A DNA stretch of 64,000 nt. Origin: Candidatus Moanibacter sp. (GTDB lineage: Bacteria; Verrucomicrobiota; Verrucomicrobiia; Opitutales; UBA2987). This document shows, piece by piece, positions 1 to 10,269 of this stretch (within the stretch, counting starts at the first letter, position 1; the number at the start of each line of letters is the position of its first letter). A program made the translations under genes and the position numbers. Location of the stretch: NCBI GenBank assembly GCA_965215885.1, contig CBDCEW010000094.1, forward strand, positions 1 to 64,000, given 5' to 3'. The notes below the pieces were generated by a model. That model saw only the letters and a program-made list of their open reading frames with translations, had not been told where the DNA came from and ran no database searches.

Positions 1-168
1 GATAAGTGATGTTTTCGTGGTGTGGTATTTGAGCTCCCAACCTAAGTTGTCAGGGATGTCCCTATTTCCAGTCGTAAGACCGAGAAGACTTTCCAGGTAT
101 AGACCGGGCGCTCCCGTTCCCCGGTAAGAATCGGGCATGATATAAGACCCGTGCTGGATTATATCTAG

Positions 169-2083
169 ACCCCATTCGAAAAGCCTTTCGAGCGGGCGGT
201 TTAAGGTTCTCCGCCACGGGCGGACCAGCCTATGGCTGGCAGGTTTCGGGTTTTAGGCTGCCGGCGCTGCCGATGAGCAGGTATTGAGCGGCCATCGGCG
301 TGGCTTGCTGCACAATACGTATATTTGCCGCTGTCTGGAGGCATACTCATCCCGTGGTGCTTTTTTCTCTGAGCTTCAAAGCGGTCAGATTCAGGCTGCC
401 TGTTCCAGTTCCTCCCCTCGGCGTTTCTTCATCAGTATGATGCGGCAGAAGTTGTAGGCCAGAACCTTCTCGAGCAGTTCATCGCCTACCGCATCGATGC
501 CGCGGCGGCCGAGTTCGCCAAAGGCAAATCCATCTTTAATCGTGAACATCAGCGACTCCACTGCGGAGCGATCGCGGCGTGCCTCGCGATACGCCTCGCT
601 CTCCCAGTCCTCGGGGGTGGTCAACTTCTTGCCCTTCGCCCCACTGATACTGATCTGCTTTACCCCCATGCTCAGCACCTCCTTGCGTCCCTTCGCCGAA
701 GCATATCCGTCATCGGTGCTGACCAGTTCAGCAATGACACCGGTGCGCTTGATCGAATCGCCGATGGCCGGCGCCAGCTCAATGGAGTCTGCCGCGTTGC
801 CTTGCGGTACGATCAGGCTGGTGACAAAACCGTTTTCGCTGCGAACCAGTTGTGGCTTGTACCCGATCACTGGATTGCGGCTGCCCTTCTTGATGTAGGC
901 CGCCGATCCGTCCGAGAGGCTCAGGACCTTCTGTGTGGACGGTAGCTTCTTTTCGTGAAACACCCGATCATGAGCATACTCAACAACCCGCTTGGCGTCG
1001 GCAATATCACCCCTGATCTGGCTCAATGCCCGCTCCAGAAGCTCCCGGCGAGTGGGAGGCAGTGAATCCATCGACAGGCCCTCTTCAAGATGGCTCAGTT
1101 CCCCCGTTAGTGAGTCGGCCGCCTTGCGGCCCCGCTTGAGCAACCGCCGGTAGTGTTTCTTCAGCTTGCCCTTCGACTTCGGTTTGCCCGCGGCCAGACA
1201 AATCTGAAACTCCAGCTTGTCCATTTCCTCCAGCCAACGCCCAACCCATCCCTTGCGAAAATCCTCCAGCCCGAAGACATGCAACTTCTGACCCAAACGA
1301 TTGGCCCGCATCAAAAGACCGCTCAGAATCTTCCCATCGGTGGGCCAGCAGCTGTTTGCTTTCACCGAGGTGCTGTCGATCGTCAGCTTCCCGAAATCGT
1401 CCCATTGCTCCTGGAGGATAAACCCAATCTGTTTATCAAAGATCAACTCGCGGGTCGTATGGCTGACCAGGTTCACGTTCTCCAGAATCGTCGTCACCGC
1501 CGGCATTCTCAGTCCCCCGCTCTGCAAAAATCCGTACAAGCTCATCGACTCGCGCACAAACCGCCGTGCCGGTTTCGTGGTCAACGAACCCAGAAACCCT
1601 CGAATCATCACGAACACGTATACCGCATAAGCCGGCATCCGCGGCCGGCCTGCCCCAAGATTCAATTCAGCAGCCAGAATATTCTCCTCCTCGATGTCCA
1701 GCTCCGGCAGCTCCGCTGTGCGCCCTTCAAAGAACCTGCGATCTTCCAATCGAAGTTTCTTCTTCTCACGCGCATGGGCGTCCAGATCCTTCTCGATCGC
1801 CTCGATGATTTGCGGCGCGAACCCGGCCAATTCTTCAACTTCATCCAGAAAATCACGGAAATCCGTGTCTGGAACCGGCAGAATGAGGTTGCTAAGGGGC
1901 GTCTTATCGCTTTTGTTCTCCTCTGTCGCACATGTTGGCATGTTTAACTCCTTTCTTAATCTTAGGTTGTTAAACACTAGCATGTTGCGACACTTTTTAT
2001 CAAGCCAAAAAATGATTTTTCTCAAGTTTTTCTTGCGCCTTTTGCGCCTCTTTGCGGCCAATCAGTAGCTTTTCGGATAAGGT
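169..2083 (-). mobile_element. Insertion sequence (IS5/IS1182-like DDE) with 16-bp imperfect TIRs and CTAG target duplication
   Basis: TIRs ACCCCATTCGAAAAGC (169-184) and revcomp of 2068-2083 ACCTTATCCGAAAAGC, 13/16 identical; CTAG at 165-168 and 2084-2087; single transposase inside. Confidence 0.8.
391..1941 (-). CDS. DDE transposase (IS5/IS1182-like)
   Basis: Motifs TIDSTSVKAN, STDDGYAS, RSAVESLMFTIK; ATG 1941 preceded by AAGGAG. Confidence 0.85.
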   Translation of the reverse strand: MPTCATEENKSDKTPLSNLILPVPDTDFRDFLDEVEELAGFAPQIIEAIEKDLDAHAREKKKLRLEDRRFFEGRTAELPELDIEEENILAAELNLGAGRPRMPAYAVYVFVMIRGFLGSLTTKPARRFVRESMSLYGFLQSGGLRMPAVTTILENVNLVSHTTRELIFDKQIGFILQEQWDDFGKLTIDSTSVKANSCWPTDGKILSGLLMRANRLGQKLHVFGLEDFRKGWVGRWLEEMDKLEFQICLAAGKPKSKGKLKKHYRRLLKRGRKAADSLTGELSHLEEGLSMDSLPPTRRELLERALSQIRGDIADAKRVVEYAHDRVFHEKKLPSTQKVLSLSDGSAAYIKKGSRNPVIGYKPQLVRSENGFVTSLIVPQGNAADSIELAPAIGDSIKRTGVIAELVSTDDGYASAKGRKEVLSMGVKQISISGAKGKKLTTPEDWESEAYREARRDRSAVESLMFTIKDGFAFGELGRRGIDAVGDELLEKVLAYNFCRIILMKKRRGEELEQAA

Positions 2084-2140
2084 CTAGCTTCATATTAATC
2101 TAGTAATTTGATTTCTGCCGATCAAGATGGCGATCAGCCT

Positions 2141-2255
2141 GGAATAATTGAATAATGGAAATCTGGAATATTGAAAGGATGGATTTTGTAATTCTCGCCC
2201 TTGTTTCTTTGCCATCGAATGCCTTATTCCGATATTCCATGATTCCATGATTCCG
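2141..2255. repeat. Inverted arrays of 8-nt units (GGAATAAT-like / ATTCCATG-like)
   Basis: ggaataat tgaataat ggaaatct ggaatatt (2141-2172) vs ttattccg atattcca tgattcca tgattccg (2224-2255). Confidence 0.6.
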
Positions 2256-2281
2256 AATAAATCTGAGCGGACTTCATAATC

Positions 2282-3904
2282 ATGACTGAACCCATTCTCC
2301 TCACCGACGAGCAGGTACGCTCGTATATCGTTGACGGTTTCATCCTCCTGAAGCCATCCGTGCCGGATGAGATCCACGCGACGATAAACAAAAAGCTCAC
2401 GGCATATCTGGAGTCGTCGCCGAACCCGGGCAACAACGTTCTGCCGGTTGTGCCGGAGATGCGCCACATCCTCAACAGCCCGGAAGTGCGCGGCGCACTG
2501 ATCAGCGTCGTCGGAGAGGGTTACGTTGAACATCCCCACCGTTACTGCCACAGCATGCCGCCGGCAGAGAAACGCGCGGGAAAGGCGGAGATAAGGGAAT
2601 TGCTGGCTCGGAAATGCCACCAGGACGGTTACACCCCCCTCGCCCAGCAGCAGCGGCACTATTCCCGCCTCGCCCGGATCATCTACTACCCGCAAAATAC
2701 ACCGCTTTCCATTGGCCCCACCCACGTCATCCCTGGAACCCAATACAACGGCATTCTTTCCGATGAAGACCGCGCCCGCGCTATCCCCGTGGATGGTCCG
2801 GCGGGAACGGTCGCATTGACCCATTTCGACATCGGCCACGCAGCCGGGGTCAACCTTCTCAAACGGCGCCGCCACATGATCAAATTCATGTTCATGCGCA
2901 CAGCGGAGCCGACAGGGCCTTCCTGGAACTGCCGGAGCGAACGATGGCGACGTCCTCGCAGATCGCAATCCCCGCACAACTTGAACGTCACCTGGTCCGT
3001 GATGTGGGATTGGATGTGCGGCAAGAAGGATCGTTACGCAAGTCTCGGTGACACGTTTCACTCGGCGAACAAAACACGGATTTCCCGGCTTCTCGCCAAT
3101 CTTGATGCAAAGCGGGATCTCAGAAATCGGCTCGCCGCGGCAAACGAACTCGCAAAGATGCGATCAAGATCGGTGGAGGCGATTCCCGCGCTCAGCGATA
3201 TGCTGGACGATGACCACCAGGCGGCCCGTATAGCCGCAGCCTACGCCTTGGGCGCAATCGGCAAAAAAGCGGTCGGCCCTCTCGCCGCCCACCTGCGCCA
3301 ATCCGGGATTAACGAGGCAGAGGATCCGGCTTCGACTGCCTGGAACGAGGGCAAAATCGCGATGGAGCCGACGGCGCACGCCCTCGCCGCGATCGGCAAA
3401 CCGGCAATTCCGGCGCTGCGCGACCTTCTCGCCAACGGAAGCGAATGGACCCGCATCAATGCCGCATTTTCTCTCGGCGAAATGGACTCCGTTGCGGCGG
3501 TGGCTGTCCCGGGCCTGGTGGCCTGCTTGGGTGATCGGTCCCACAGGTTAGTCCGAACTGTGTTGGAATCCTTGGGCATCATCCGCAAGAATGTGGCAGC
3601 AACCGATGTCAGTCCCTTGTTGAGCAACGGACACGAATCGTGGAACAGATTGCTGCAGCGCGACTGGTCGGCACGGGACCAGGTGCGCACCAACGCCGCC
3701 ATGTCGTGTGTGCGACTGGGGAAAGCCGCCTTACCCGCCGAAGTCGCGCTGGTGGAAGCGCTCGACGACCCGTGCGGGTATGTCGGCGCCTATGCGATGT
3801 ACGCGCTCCAGAATGTGGGCACGCCATCTGCGGCCGCCGCGGTTCAGGATTACCTGCTGTCGCAGCGGTGGGATCCGTCGCTGCGGGAAGGCCGTTGGTT
3901 TTAG
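2282..3904 (+). CDS. PhyH-like Fe(II)/2OG dioxygenase fused to HEAT/PBS-lyase repeats
   Basis: N-term GFILLK, CHQDG (HxD), GPTHVIPGT, distal His; C-term repeats such as AAYALGAIGKKAVGPL, AAHALAAIGKPAIPAL. Confidence 0.8.
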   Translation: MTEPILLTDEQVRSYIVDGFILLKPSVPDEIHATINKKLTAYLESSPNPGNNVLPVVPEMRHILNSPEVRGALISVVGEGYVEHPHRYCHSMPPAEKRAGKAEIRELLARKCHQDGYTPLAQQQRHYSRLARIIYYPQNTPLSIGPTHVIPGTQYNGILSDEDRARAIPVDGPAGTVALTHFDIGHAAGVNLLKRRRHMIKFMFMRTAEPTGPSWNCRSERWRRPRRSQSPHNLNVTWSVMWDWMCGKKDRYASLGDTFHSANKTRISRLLANLDAKRDLRNRLAAANELAKMRSRSVEAIPALSDMLDDDHQAARIAAAYALGAIGKKAVGPLAAHLRQSGINEAEDPASTAWNEGKIAMEPTAHALAAIGKPAIPALRDLLANGSEWTRINAAFSLGEMDSVAAVAVPGLVACLGDRSHRLVRTVLESLGIIRKNVAATDVSPLLSNGHESWNRLLQRDWSARDQVRTNAAMSCVRLGKAALPAEVALVEALDDPCGYVGAYAMYALQNVGTPSAAAAVQDYLLSQRWDPSLREGRWF

Positions 3905-4217
3905 CCGGGTTGGCCGCGTCTGCATTCGTACTGGAGATTCGATCGGGATGTTGTCAGCGGCCACCTTTGTCGCGTCAGTATGATGAGCTTTAGCCACGAA
4001 GATGAAAGGTCTTCTATCACGGGTATCGGCAATGTTTACCAAACCAACGTCGCGATAAGGAATCGACAAGGCTCGCGACAAATAGGTTTCTTCATCCGCG
4101 ACCATCCGCATTACAATCCGACAGAATCTTCTTTTTTGGTTGCGGCTCGGCTACTCCAAGTAATCCGTGGTTAACAATTCGCGGTACTTGCGCCTTACTT
4201 TTGCCGCGACGTTTCAC

Positions 4218-5425
4218 TCAGTTTACGCAGATCCGTTCCGCGATCGTGTCCTTCAGCTCCTGCTGGTAGGAATGGGTATCCTCCACCAATCCCAGCCACA
4301 GGGTTTCCCCCACCAAACCGCACAGGTCAACAGCGGTGGACACCCCGGAAGTGATAAGTCCCAAGCCCATGGCATCGCCCTGCGGCAGCTTCGGCGCCAT
4401 GTCAAACCCGACCCATGACTGCTGGCAGGAATCCGGAAGGAAACTGAGCCCGCCGTCCGGTTTGGTGTAGGTGTCAAGGACTCTCGTAATCCGATAGGCG
4501 GCCATCTTCTCAACCTCCTCACGCCGGTAATCGTCGGCTTCGGGGAGGGCGTGATGGATGACATACCAGTTGTCGAATTCATCACAGCCGCTGCATCGTT
4601 CTTCGAAGGCCGGGTCGTAGAAGCGCTCGAACACGCGGTCGATCATCTTCTCGGCGTGGCGCAGCGGCAGGTCCAGCTGGGCCCGCATGAAGTGGAAGAG
4701 CTTAAAGGTCCCGTTTATCCGGTTCTGCAGCGCCAGCGACGGATCCCCCCACAGACCCGACTCCGGGTCGTGGATGCTGTAAACGTGGTTCAGTGCTTCG
4801 ATAACCGGGTCGAGAGAAAGGTGCCCATCGAGGTGCCAATCCAGCAGGTATTTCATCATTTTCGCGGTCCAACTGCCCGAACCCCAGGCGTTTTCCGACC
4901 AGGGACGCTCGCGGATCCACTGCAGCGCTTTTTCCGGCCCGTCCTTCAATTGGGGCCAGCCGGGCGGCGGCGGGCTGGGAGAGTCCTCCGGTTCCCCGTA
5001 AAGCGCAAGGATGGTCTGGGCGTAGCGGTTGTTGCACTCCAGCATGCCGGAATCCGGCCAGGGCTTGTCAGTCGGCCAGCCCGGGGATCGTCGATCCACC
5101 AGCGCGGATCGCGATACTCCCCGTTTCCCACCGCCATGGACCGGATCCACGCAATCCCCTCCCGCTTATCCGCCTCGGAGACAATCCTGTCGAACAAACC
5201 CATCTTCCGAATACCCGAGAGCGCATACGCGGTGCCGGCGACATTCGCCTCACGCGTCGTCTCAATCGCCCACTGGATCCGACCCGGTCGCGCATCGCGC
5301 ACATCATTCATCCAGCGAATGATCCCCTCCCCGCTACTGAGGAGTTTCTCCACCGCTTCACCCTGCAAGGCTTCAAGTGAAGCTTCGTGGATGGGGTGGT
5401 TGGGTGTGGTTTTAAGAGTATCCAT
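4218..5425 (-). pseudogene. Frameshifted paralog of 37600-38799 (uncharacterised QDPETGxW-repeat protein); pseudogene or assembly indel
   Basis: N-half (MDTLK...EYRDP) and C-half (ALVDRRSPGW...) are in different frames but together colinear with 37600-38799; one base missing near 5105-5107. Confidence 0.75.
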
Positions 5426-5499
5426 TTGGCAACATTTCTTTATTGGGAATCTACGCCGCATCTCGCAACCACAAAAAGTCGTTCCTACACCCCACATCT

Positions 5500-5523
5500 G
5501 TAGGAGGGGCTTTACGCCCCGAT
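5500..5523 (+). repeat. GTAG-type REP-like palindrome
   Basis: GTAGGAGGGGCTTTACGCCCCGAT, similar to 18497-18520 and 50862-50884. Confidence 0.55.
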
Positions 5524-5840
5524 GGCGGCTTTAGCAGGATATAATACGACGGCCGGCATGCGGATTGAAGGGACGAATCCCGGCGCGCCGGGATCCGTCG
5601 GCAATGTCCTTTGATGCCTTTCTAATCCATGCAACGGCTGCATCAAGATCTCGAACCTAAGGACTCGACATAAACCTCGTCGAGAGAAAGCGCGAACCAC
5701 GATGCCGCGCCGCGGGACTCGCGACAAAGAACGCCTCAATCGTGGATACTCTCACCGCATCCCCCGTCACCGTGTCTCCGCATCTCTCCGCCCTCCCCGA
5801 TCTCCCTTTGACCCTTCACGCCTCTTTTTCACATCCGCTC

Positions 5841-7502
5841 CTACCGCGTTACGGAATAAATCGCTGCGGCGTCGTAGGTTCTGCCGAGGCCGTCGAACCG
5901 CCCATGAATGTATCCCCGGCTGGCCAGGTAAGGCGGCATTTCATCCAACCGGTTCCGCAGGGCCGCTTCGACGGCCAGGATCGCGAGCGGGTCCACTTCG
6001 TTGAAATTGGCATGAACATGGTTTGCCGAAGGCAGGAAAAATCCGTTGTGAAATCGCTGTTCGACAATGTTGTCAGCTATACGGCGGGCCAGTTCAAGAT
6101 ACGCGGGATCAGGATCCGCTCGATAGATTTCCAGGACGGCGAAAATCGCCTCAGGATCCGAGCCGGTCGCGTCGCGATTCACCGCTGGCTTTTTCCCCGG
6201 CTCCTCGCTCAGGTCCCCAAGGCCGTTGCCCCGGGCTATTGACCGCAGGATTTCCCACAGTTCAGGATCACGGGTAAGACGGAAGGCGCGCGCATAGGAA
6301 GCCAGGAAGGGCGGCCCCGCGTCTGAAGGATGCAGCGTCGTTCCCGCTGATCCGTAGTACCCCAATCGGGGAAAGACGAACCCGGTCAAGTCCGTGCCGT
6401 CGGCCCACATGGGGCGAAACTGATTCGTTTCCGGCAGGTACCCGTATTTCACGTAGGCCTTCATTCCGTCGATCGTCCACCGCAGGAATTTCCCGCCGTC
6501 GTCGCCCAGGGTTTCGGCCAGGTGCAGCTGCACAAGTGCGTTGATACCGTAAATGCTCCGGCCGTGGCTGGAAAAGAGTGCATACCCCTCCCGTGCCACC
6601 TCCCCGAATTCCGGGTGGAACTGATTTTCCGCCCGGTCGCCGTAACTTGATATTGTGTGACGCTTACCCTCGATCATGATCTCCGGAGGTTGGTTTTCTC
6701 GGAGAGGTTTGCTGTACTGGTAAACACCCAGACCGGTCTCGGGATGGCGCGCGCCTACATACTGTCTCGCCAGGCGTTTCGCCCAGGCAAGGGCGCCTTC
6801 CTCTCCGGACAGTTTGTAGAGCATGGCGCCGGCGTAGATCAGGTCGGTGCCGCAGTTGATGAAGGTCAGGCCGTGGCCGTCAAAAAAGGGTTCGGGGTCG
6901 TCAAAGGTGCTGTCCCAAAGCTCGCCCGAGGGGCGGCCGTAAGCGCCGTGCCGGTTCATGTCGAGATTCCCCCAGTCGAGAACGTGCGCGTTCCAGAACG
7001 CGCGGACGAATTTCGCGGTCGCTTCCGGGTTCACCCGCCACATCAGTTCGTAATAGGGGATACTCAACTTGAATTCGTGGCAGTCGGCGTCGAACCGGCC
7101 CACCGGTTTGACGGTGGTAAGATCGACAAATTGGTGTCCGCCCCACCGCAGCAGCCCGCAATCGCTGGCCAGATGATCGAAATGGTACCGGACAGCCGCT
7201 TCCGCGGCGTCCCGGTATTTGCCATCCCCCGTTATCTGTGAAAGCGCGTCAAAAGTGCGAAACAGGTTCTGCTGACTGGCCAGGTTCGAGAGTGTGAAGC
7301 GCTCCTCCTCGAACACCCATTGCACCGGCTCCTCCGTGTCCACATTGATGCCGTCGGCAAAGAGCGGCGTATCCTGCCCGCTGAAGCGGTCGCAGCCTGC
7401 CTTCAGCACATTGTCTGCAAACATTCTCACCACCTGAAGACGTGCGTCGTCCGCGGGATCGCGGGAGGGTGGATCGGGGGTGTTGAATTGAGAAAGGATC
7501 AT
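5841..7502 (-). CDS. Polysaccharide lyase family 2 (pectate/oligogalacturonate lyase-like), no obvious signal peptide
   Basis: PL2-type motifs SNLASQQNLFR, GLLRWGGH, HEFK, FWNAHV, DMNRHG, TGLGVYQYS, GDRAENQF. Confidence 0.8.
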   Translation of the reverse strand: MILSQFNTPDPPSRDPADDARLQVVRMFADNVLKAGCDRFSGQDTPLFADGINVDTEEPVQWVFEEERFTLSNLASQQNLFRTFDALSQITGDGKYRDAAEAAVRYHFDHLASDCGLLRWGGHQFVDLTTVKPVGRFDADCHEFKLSIPYYELMWRVNPEATAKFVRAFWNAHVLDWGNLDMNRHGAYGRPSGELWDSTFDDPEPFFDGHGLTFINCGTDLIYAGAMLYKLSGEEGALAWAKRLARQYVGARHPETGLGVYQYSKPLRENQPPEIMIEGKRHTISSYGDRAENQFHPEFGEVAREGYALFSSHGRSIYGINALVQLHLAETLGDDGGKFLRWTIDGMKAYVKYGYLPETNQFRPMWADGTDLTGFVFPRLGYYGSAGTTLHPSDAGPPFLASYARAFRLTRDPELWEILRSIARGNGLGDLSEEPGKKPAVNRDATGSDPEAIFAVLEIYRADPDPAYLELARRIADNIVEQRFHNGFFLPSANHVHANFNEVDPLAILAVEAALRNRLDEMPPYLASRGYIHGRFDGLGRTYDAAAIYSVTR

Positions 7503-7557
7503 GGCAAACCTTGTCGCCAACCTTGACGCGAACCTCGTCGAGAGAAAACCCTAATCT

Positions 7558-9931
7558 CAGACCTCACTATATTGCCCCTCTAAAGGCACTATGCAATCGC
7601 AAGTTTAAATCCCGATTTTTTGCCCAGTCGGAAGATGATTCTTCGGCCTGAACCGTCGGGCATCAGTAAGGGCTTCTCATTGAGAGTTTGCAGATACTCA
7701 AGCACCACCGCCTGCACCCGAGGGGGATAAGTTGCGGTGGGGAATAAATGCGCTTCGACCGCACAGCCCCTCTCTATAAGAACGCCGTCACTGTGAGTCA
7801 AATTGCGAAACAGATCGTGGTCGTCACGATAGTTGTTGTAGCGAGCTTTAAAGGGTTCGAGCTGCTTGTAGAAGCTGTTACGGGCGAAGATTTTCAAGGC
7901 ATCCATGAGGGACTTGTTAGCGGTGTCCAGGCGGACATAGTTTTCATCAATGAGGCGCTGCAGCCTCGAGCATTCGGTGTCGATTTGCTCCAGTTCGAGT
8001 TGGAGGGCTTTGAGGGCCTGATCGAGTCGACGGATCTTTTCGCCCCTTGAGGCGCTTTTGCCCGGGTGGGCATGCTCGGCCAGGAGCAGTCTTTTCAATT
8101 CTTCGGTGCATTGCTGTTTTTGCTTCAGGAGGGCTTTGGCGGCACCGCTTTTCTCCTGCTTGTCCTCAAGGTGTTGGGCTAATCGCTTGTAGTGGACGGT
8201 GCGATAAGAGGTGATCTGATTAATCCCAAAGTGCTTATCGAGGTATTTGAAGTCATTCTCCTGAATCCAGCGACTGAACATCCCTTTGATTACCTCTTCA
8301 TTTCGGGCCTGCTGATCGGTCGCCAGGATGCTCACGGTAATGGTTCGATTTTTTGGATTGGTCGCCTCCACGATCCACTGCACCAGTTGAGGATTTTTCT
8401 TCCAGGGGCCCCGCTGATAGCGAAGATGATACTCCTGGAGATCTTCGGCATGGTTGCGCGCGCGCTGCAGGCGCAACTGCCCGTCGATCCGTTGGAGGGG
8501 CTGGGCGCTGGCCTTGTAACCTTTTTCCCAGGTAATGATTTCGAGTTGAGGATGCTCCACGATGGCTTCGTAAAACCACTCCGCGGCGATCGCCCGGTCC
8601 ACGTAAATGCTCACCTTCTTATCAGCCGGCAACTGCACCAGCTCGAGCATCGCTTCGCAGTTGGGGATAAACCGTTCCCTTATATCCTCATAGTTGTCGG
8701 TACTCGCAAAATAGACCGGATAGCCCTTGAGGGTATGAATAAAATCGCTGTGGAGCGCTTTGTCGGCCAGACGGATACCCGGACACCATCCCGCCAGCAC
8801 CTTGCTCATTCCGGTGTAATGTTTGGTGTGCGGATCATAATAAAAGCTCTCTTCATCCGAAGCATTCAGGCCCCTCGCGTTCACTCTGAGGATCTCTCTT
8901 AAAAGCCCTTCATCGGCCAGGGCGCTAAGGCTTTGGCGTTGCAGATAGGGGGTATACAGGACTCGCCCGATGAGTTTTTGCAGGTCTTCGAGATCGAGCA
9001 GTTTGCTCTGCTCGATATTGACCGCGGCCAACAACCCGCAAGCCACCCATTGTTTCAAAAGCCAGCCCTCTTCGCGATCAATCTGAGCGACTTCTCTGAG
9101 CGCGGCACTGAACAGAAGTACTCCCAGGTGCCGATACCATTGCACCGCTTCGGAGCTCTCCCTCGAAAAATCGGGAGACCCCTTGCGATTGTCCCCTTCG
9201 CTTTCGGGGCTATTTTCTGCTTCTTGCTCCTGTTCGTCCCTCCCCGAGTCCTCCGGGCAATCCCAGGGAGTCTCCCGATTTTGCGCCCTCTCGGCTTCGG
9301 CCTCCTTTGCCCGGGCCTCTTTAAGCTCCTTAAAGACAGGGCGCAAAGTTTCCCCACTGAGGTTAACTCCGAACACCTCCTCGATCTCCCCCCGTATCTT
9401 CTTGCTGTAGCCATACCGACTCTCCCCATAGATCTGCCCGAAGCGCACCCGCACAAAACTCCGGATTTCCCTCGTCAATTTGCGATGAGCGCTGCGTCCC
9501 GCCAGCACTCGCGCTAAGGTCTCGGCATCTCCGCTTTGAAGCGCCTCCCCCCACCGCTTCATCGTTTTGGGGTCAACCTCAAATTGCTTCTCTAAGCGCC
9601 CTTTCTTCAACCCCGCATTGTAGAGGCGCCCCACCAATAGCTTGAATTCAACTTGCTCCCGATCGTCCTCTACGACTTCAAAAAGCTCATGCCCGTAATA
9701 GACGTGCAGTTTGCCTTCGCTCAGATCCCGATAGACCGTGATCGAGGGATTACCCTTGTCCACTCCAAGGATGCACTGTAAGAAGGTCTCTTCTTTGACG
9801 GTAGGTTTCTCCATTTTTCTTCGAATTTGATGGTTCGAAGATGAAGCCTACCGTTTTCTTTAGCTCTTAAAAGCCGGGAATTGTATCTGCGATTGCCCCC
9901 TGCCCGCCAACCCGCATGATAGCGAGTTCTG
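7558..9931 (-). mobile_element. Unclassified IS with 13-bp imperfect TIRs and 5-bp TSD AATCT
   Basis: CAGACCTCACTAT (7558-7570) vs revcomp of 9919-9931 CAGAACTCGCTAT; AATCT at 7553-7557 and 9932-9936. Confidence 0.8.
7589..9814 (-). CDS. Large (741 aa) putative DDE transposase with N-terminal HTH region
   Basis: Candidate triad YYDPH / YVDRA / RWIQENDFKYL; HTH-like FEVDPKTMKRW; enclosed by TIRs and TSD. Confidence 0.75.
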   Translation of the reverse strand: MEKPTVKEETFLQCILGVDKGNPSITVYRDLSEGKLHVYYGHELFEVVEDDREQVEFKLLVGRLYNAGLKKGRLEKQFEVDPKTMKRWGEALQSGDAETLARVLAGRSAHRKLTREIRSFVRVRFGQIYGESRYGYSKKIRGEIEEVFGVNLSGETLRPVFKELKEARAKEAEAERAQNRETPWDCPEDSGRDEQEQEAENSPESEGDNRKGSPDFSRESSEAVQWYRHLGVLLFSAALREVAQIDREEGWLLKQWVACGLLAAVNIEQSKLLDLEDLQKLIGRVLYTPYLQRQSLSALADEGLLREILRVNARGLNASDEESFYYDPHTKHYTGMSKVLAGWCPGIRLADKALHSDFIHTLKGYPVYFASTDNYEDIRERFIPNCEAMLELVQLPADKKVSIYVDRAIAAEWFYEAIVEHPQLEIITWEKGYKASAQPLQRIDGQLRLQRARNHAEDLQEYHLRYQRGPWKKNPQLVQWIVEATNPKNRTITVSILATDQQARNEEVIKGMFSRWIQENDFKYLDKHFGINQITSYRTVHYKRLAQHLEDKQEKSGAAKALLKQKQQCTEELKRLLLAEHAHPGKSASRGEKIRRLDQALKALQLELEQIDTECSRLQRLIDENYVRLDTANKSLMDALKIFARNSFYKQLEPFKARYNNYRDDHDLFRNLTHSDGVLIERGCAVEAHLFPTATYPPRVQAVVLEYLQTLNEKPLLMPDGSGRRIIFRLGKKSGFKLAIA

Positions 9932-9933
9932 AA

Positions 9934-9968
9934 TCTCGACAAAGCTTACGACGAAGCTCGCGACAAGG
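9934..9968. repeat. Arm of a 12-nt-periodic palindromic repeat (AAGCTTCGTCGT-like); partner arm 7509-7543
   Basis: Revcomp CCTTGTCGCGAGCTTCGTCGTAAGCTTTGTCGAGA aligns with 7509-7543; related arrays near 5665-5730, 31140-31310, 38822-38866. Confidence 0.65.
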
Positions 9969-10269
9969 ATCTCCACATTCGTTGCCGTTCTTGCATTCGC
10001 AGCTCTGTCGATTCCCTTTGCCGTATCTCTCCCGTCTAGCCCCACTATCCGCGTGAATCCGTATTACTATCCGTCAGAACGTGGTTTTCTTGACACGTTT
10101 TGGTGTACAAAAGTCTGGTACTCAAAGGGTTGATGTCGAAGCTCCGGCGGTGGAAATTCGAACCCCGAAGGTCTTTACTTCGATGTTGGACGTTCAGTGT
10201 TCGATGGTGCCTTCTCCAATCCCTTAAGTATCCCTCTTCTTTAAATCCGCGGTTTTCACGAATCCGTGG

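Noticed and set aside
1942..2061. Basic N-terminal extension of the first transposase
   Set aside because: Derives from a 9-mer repeat; the RBS supports ATG 1941
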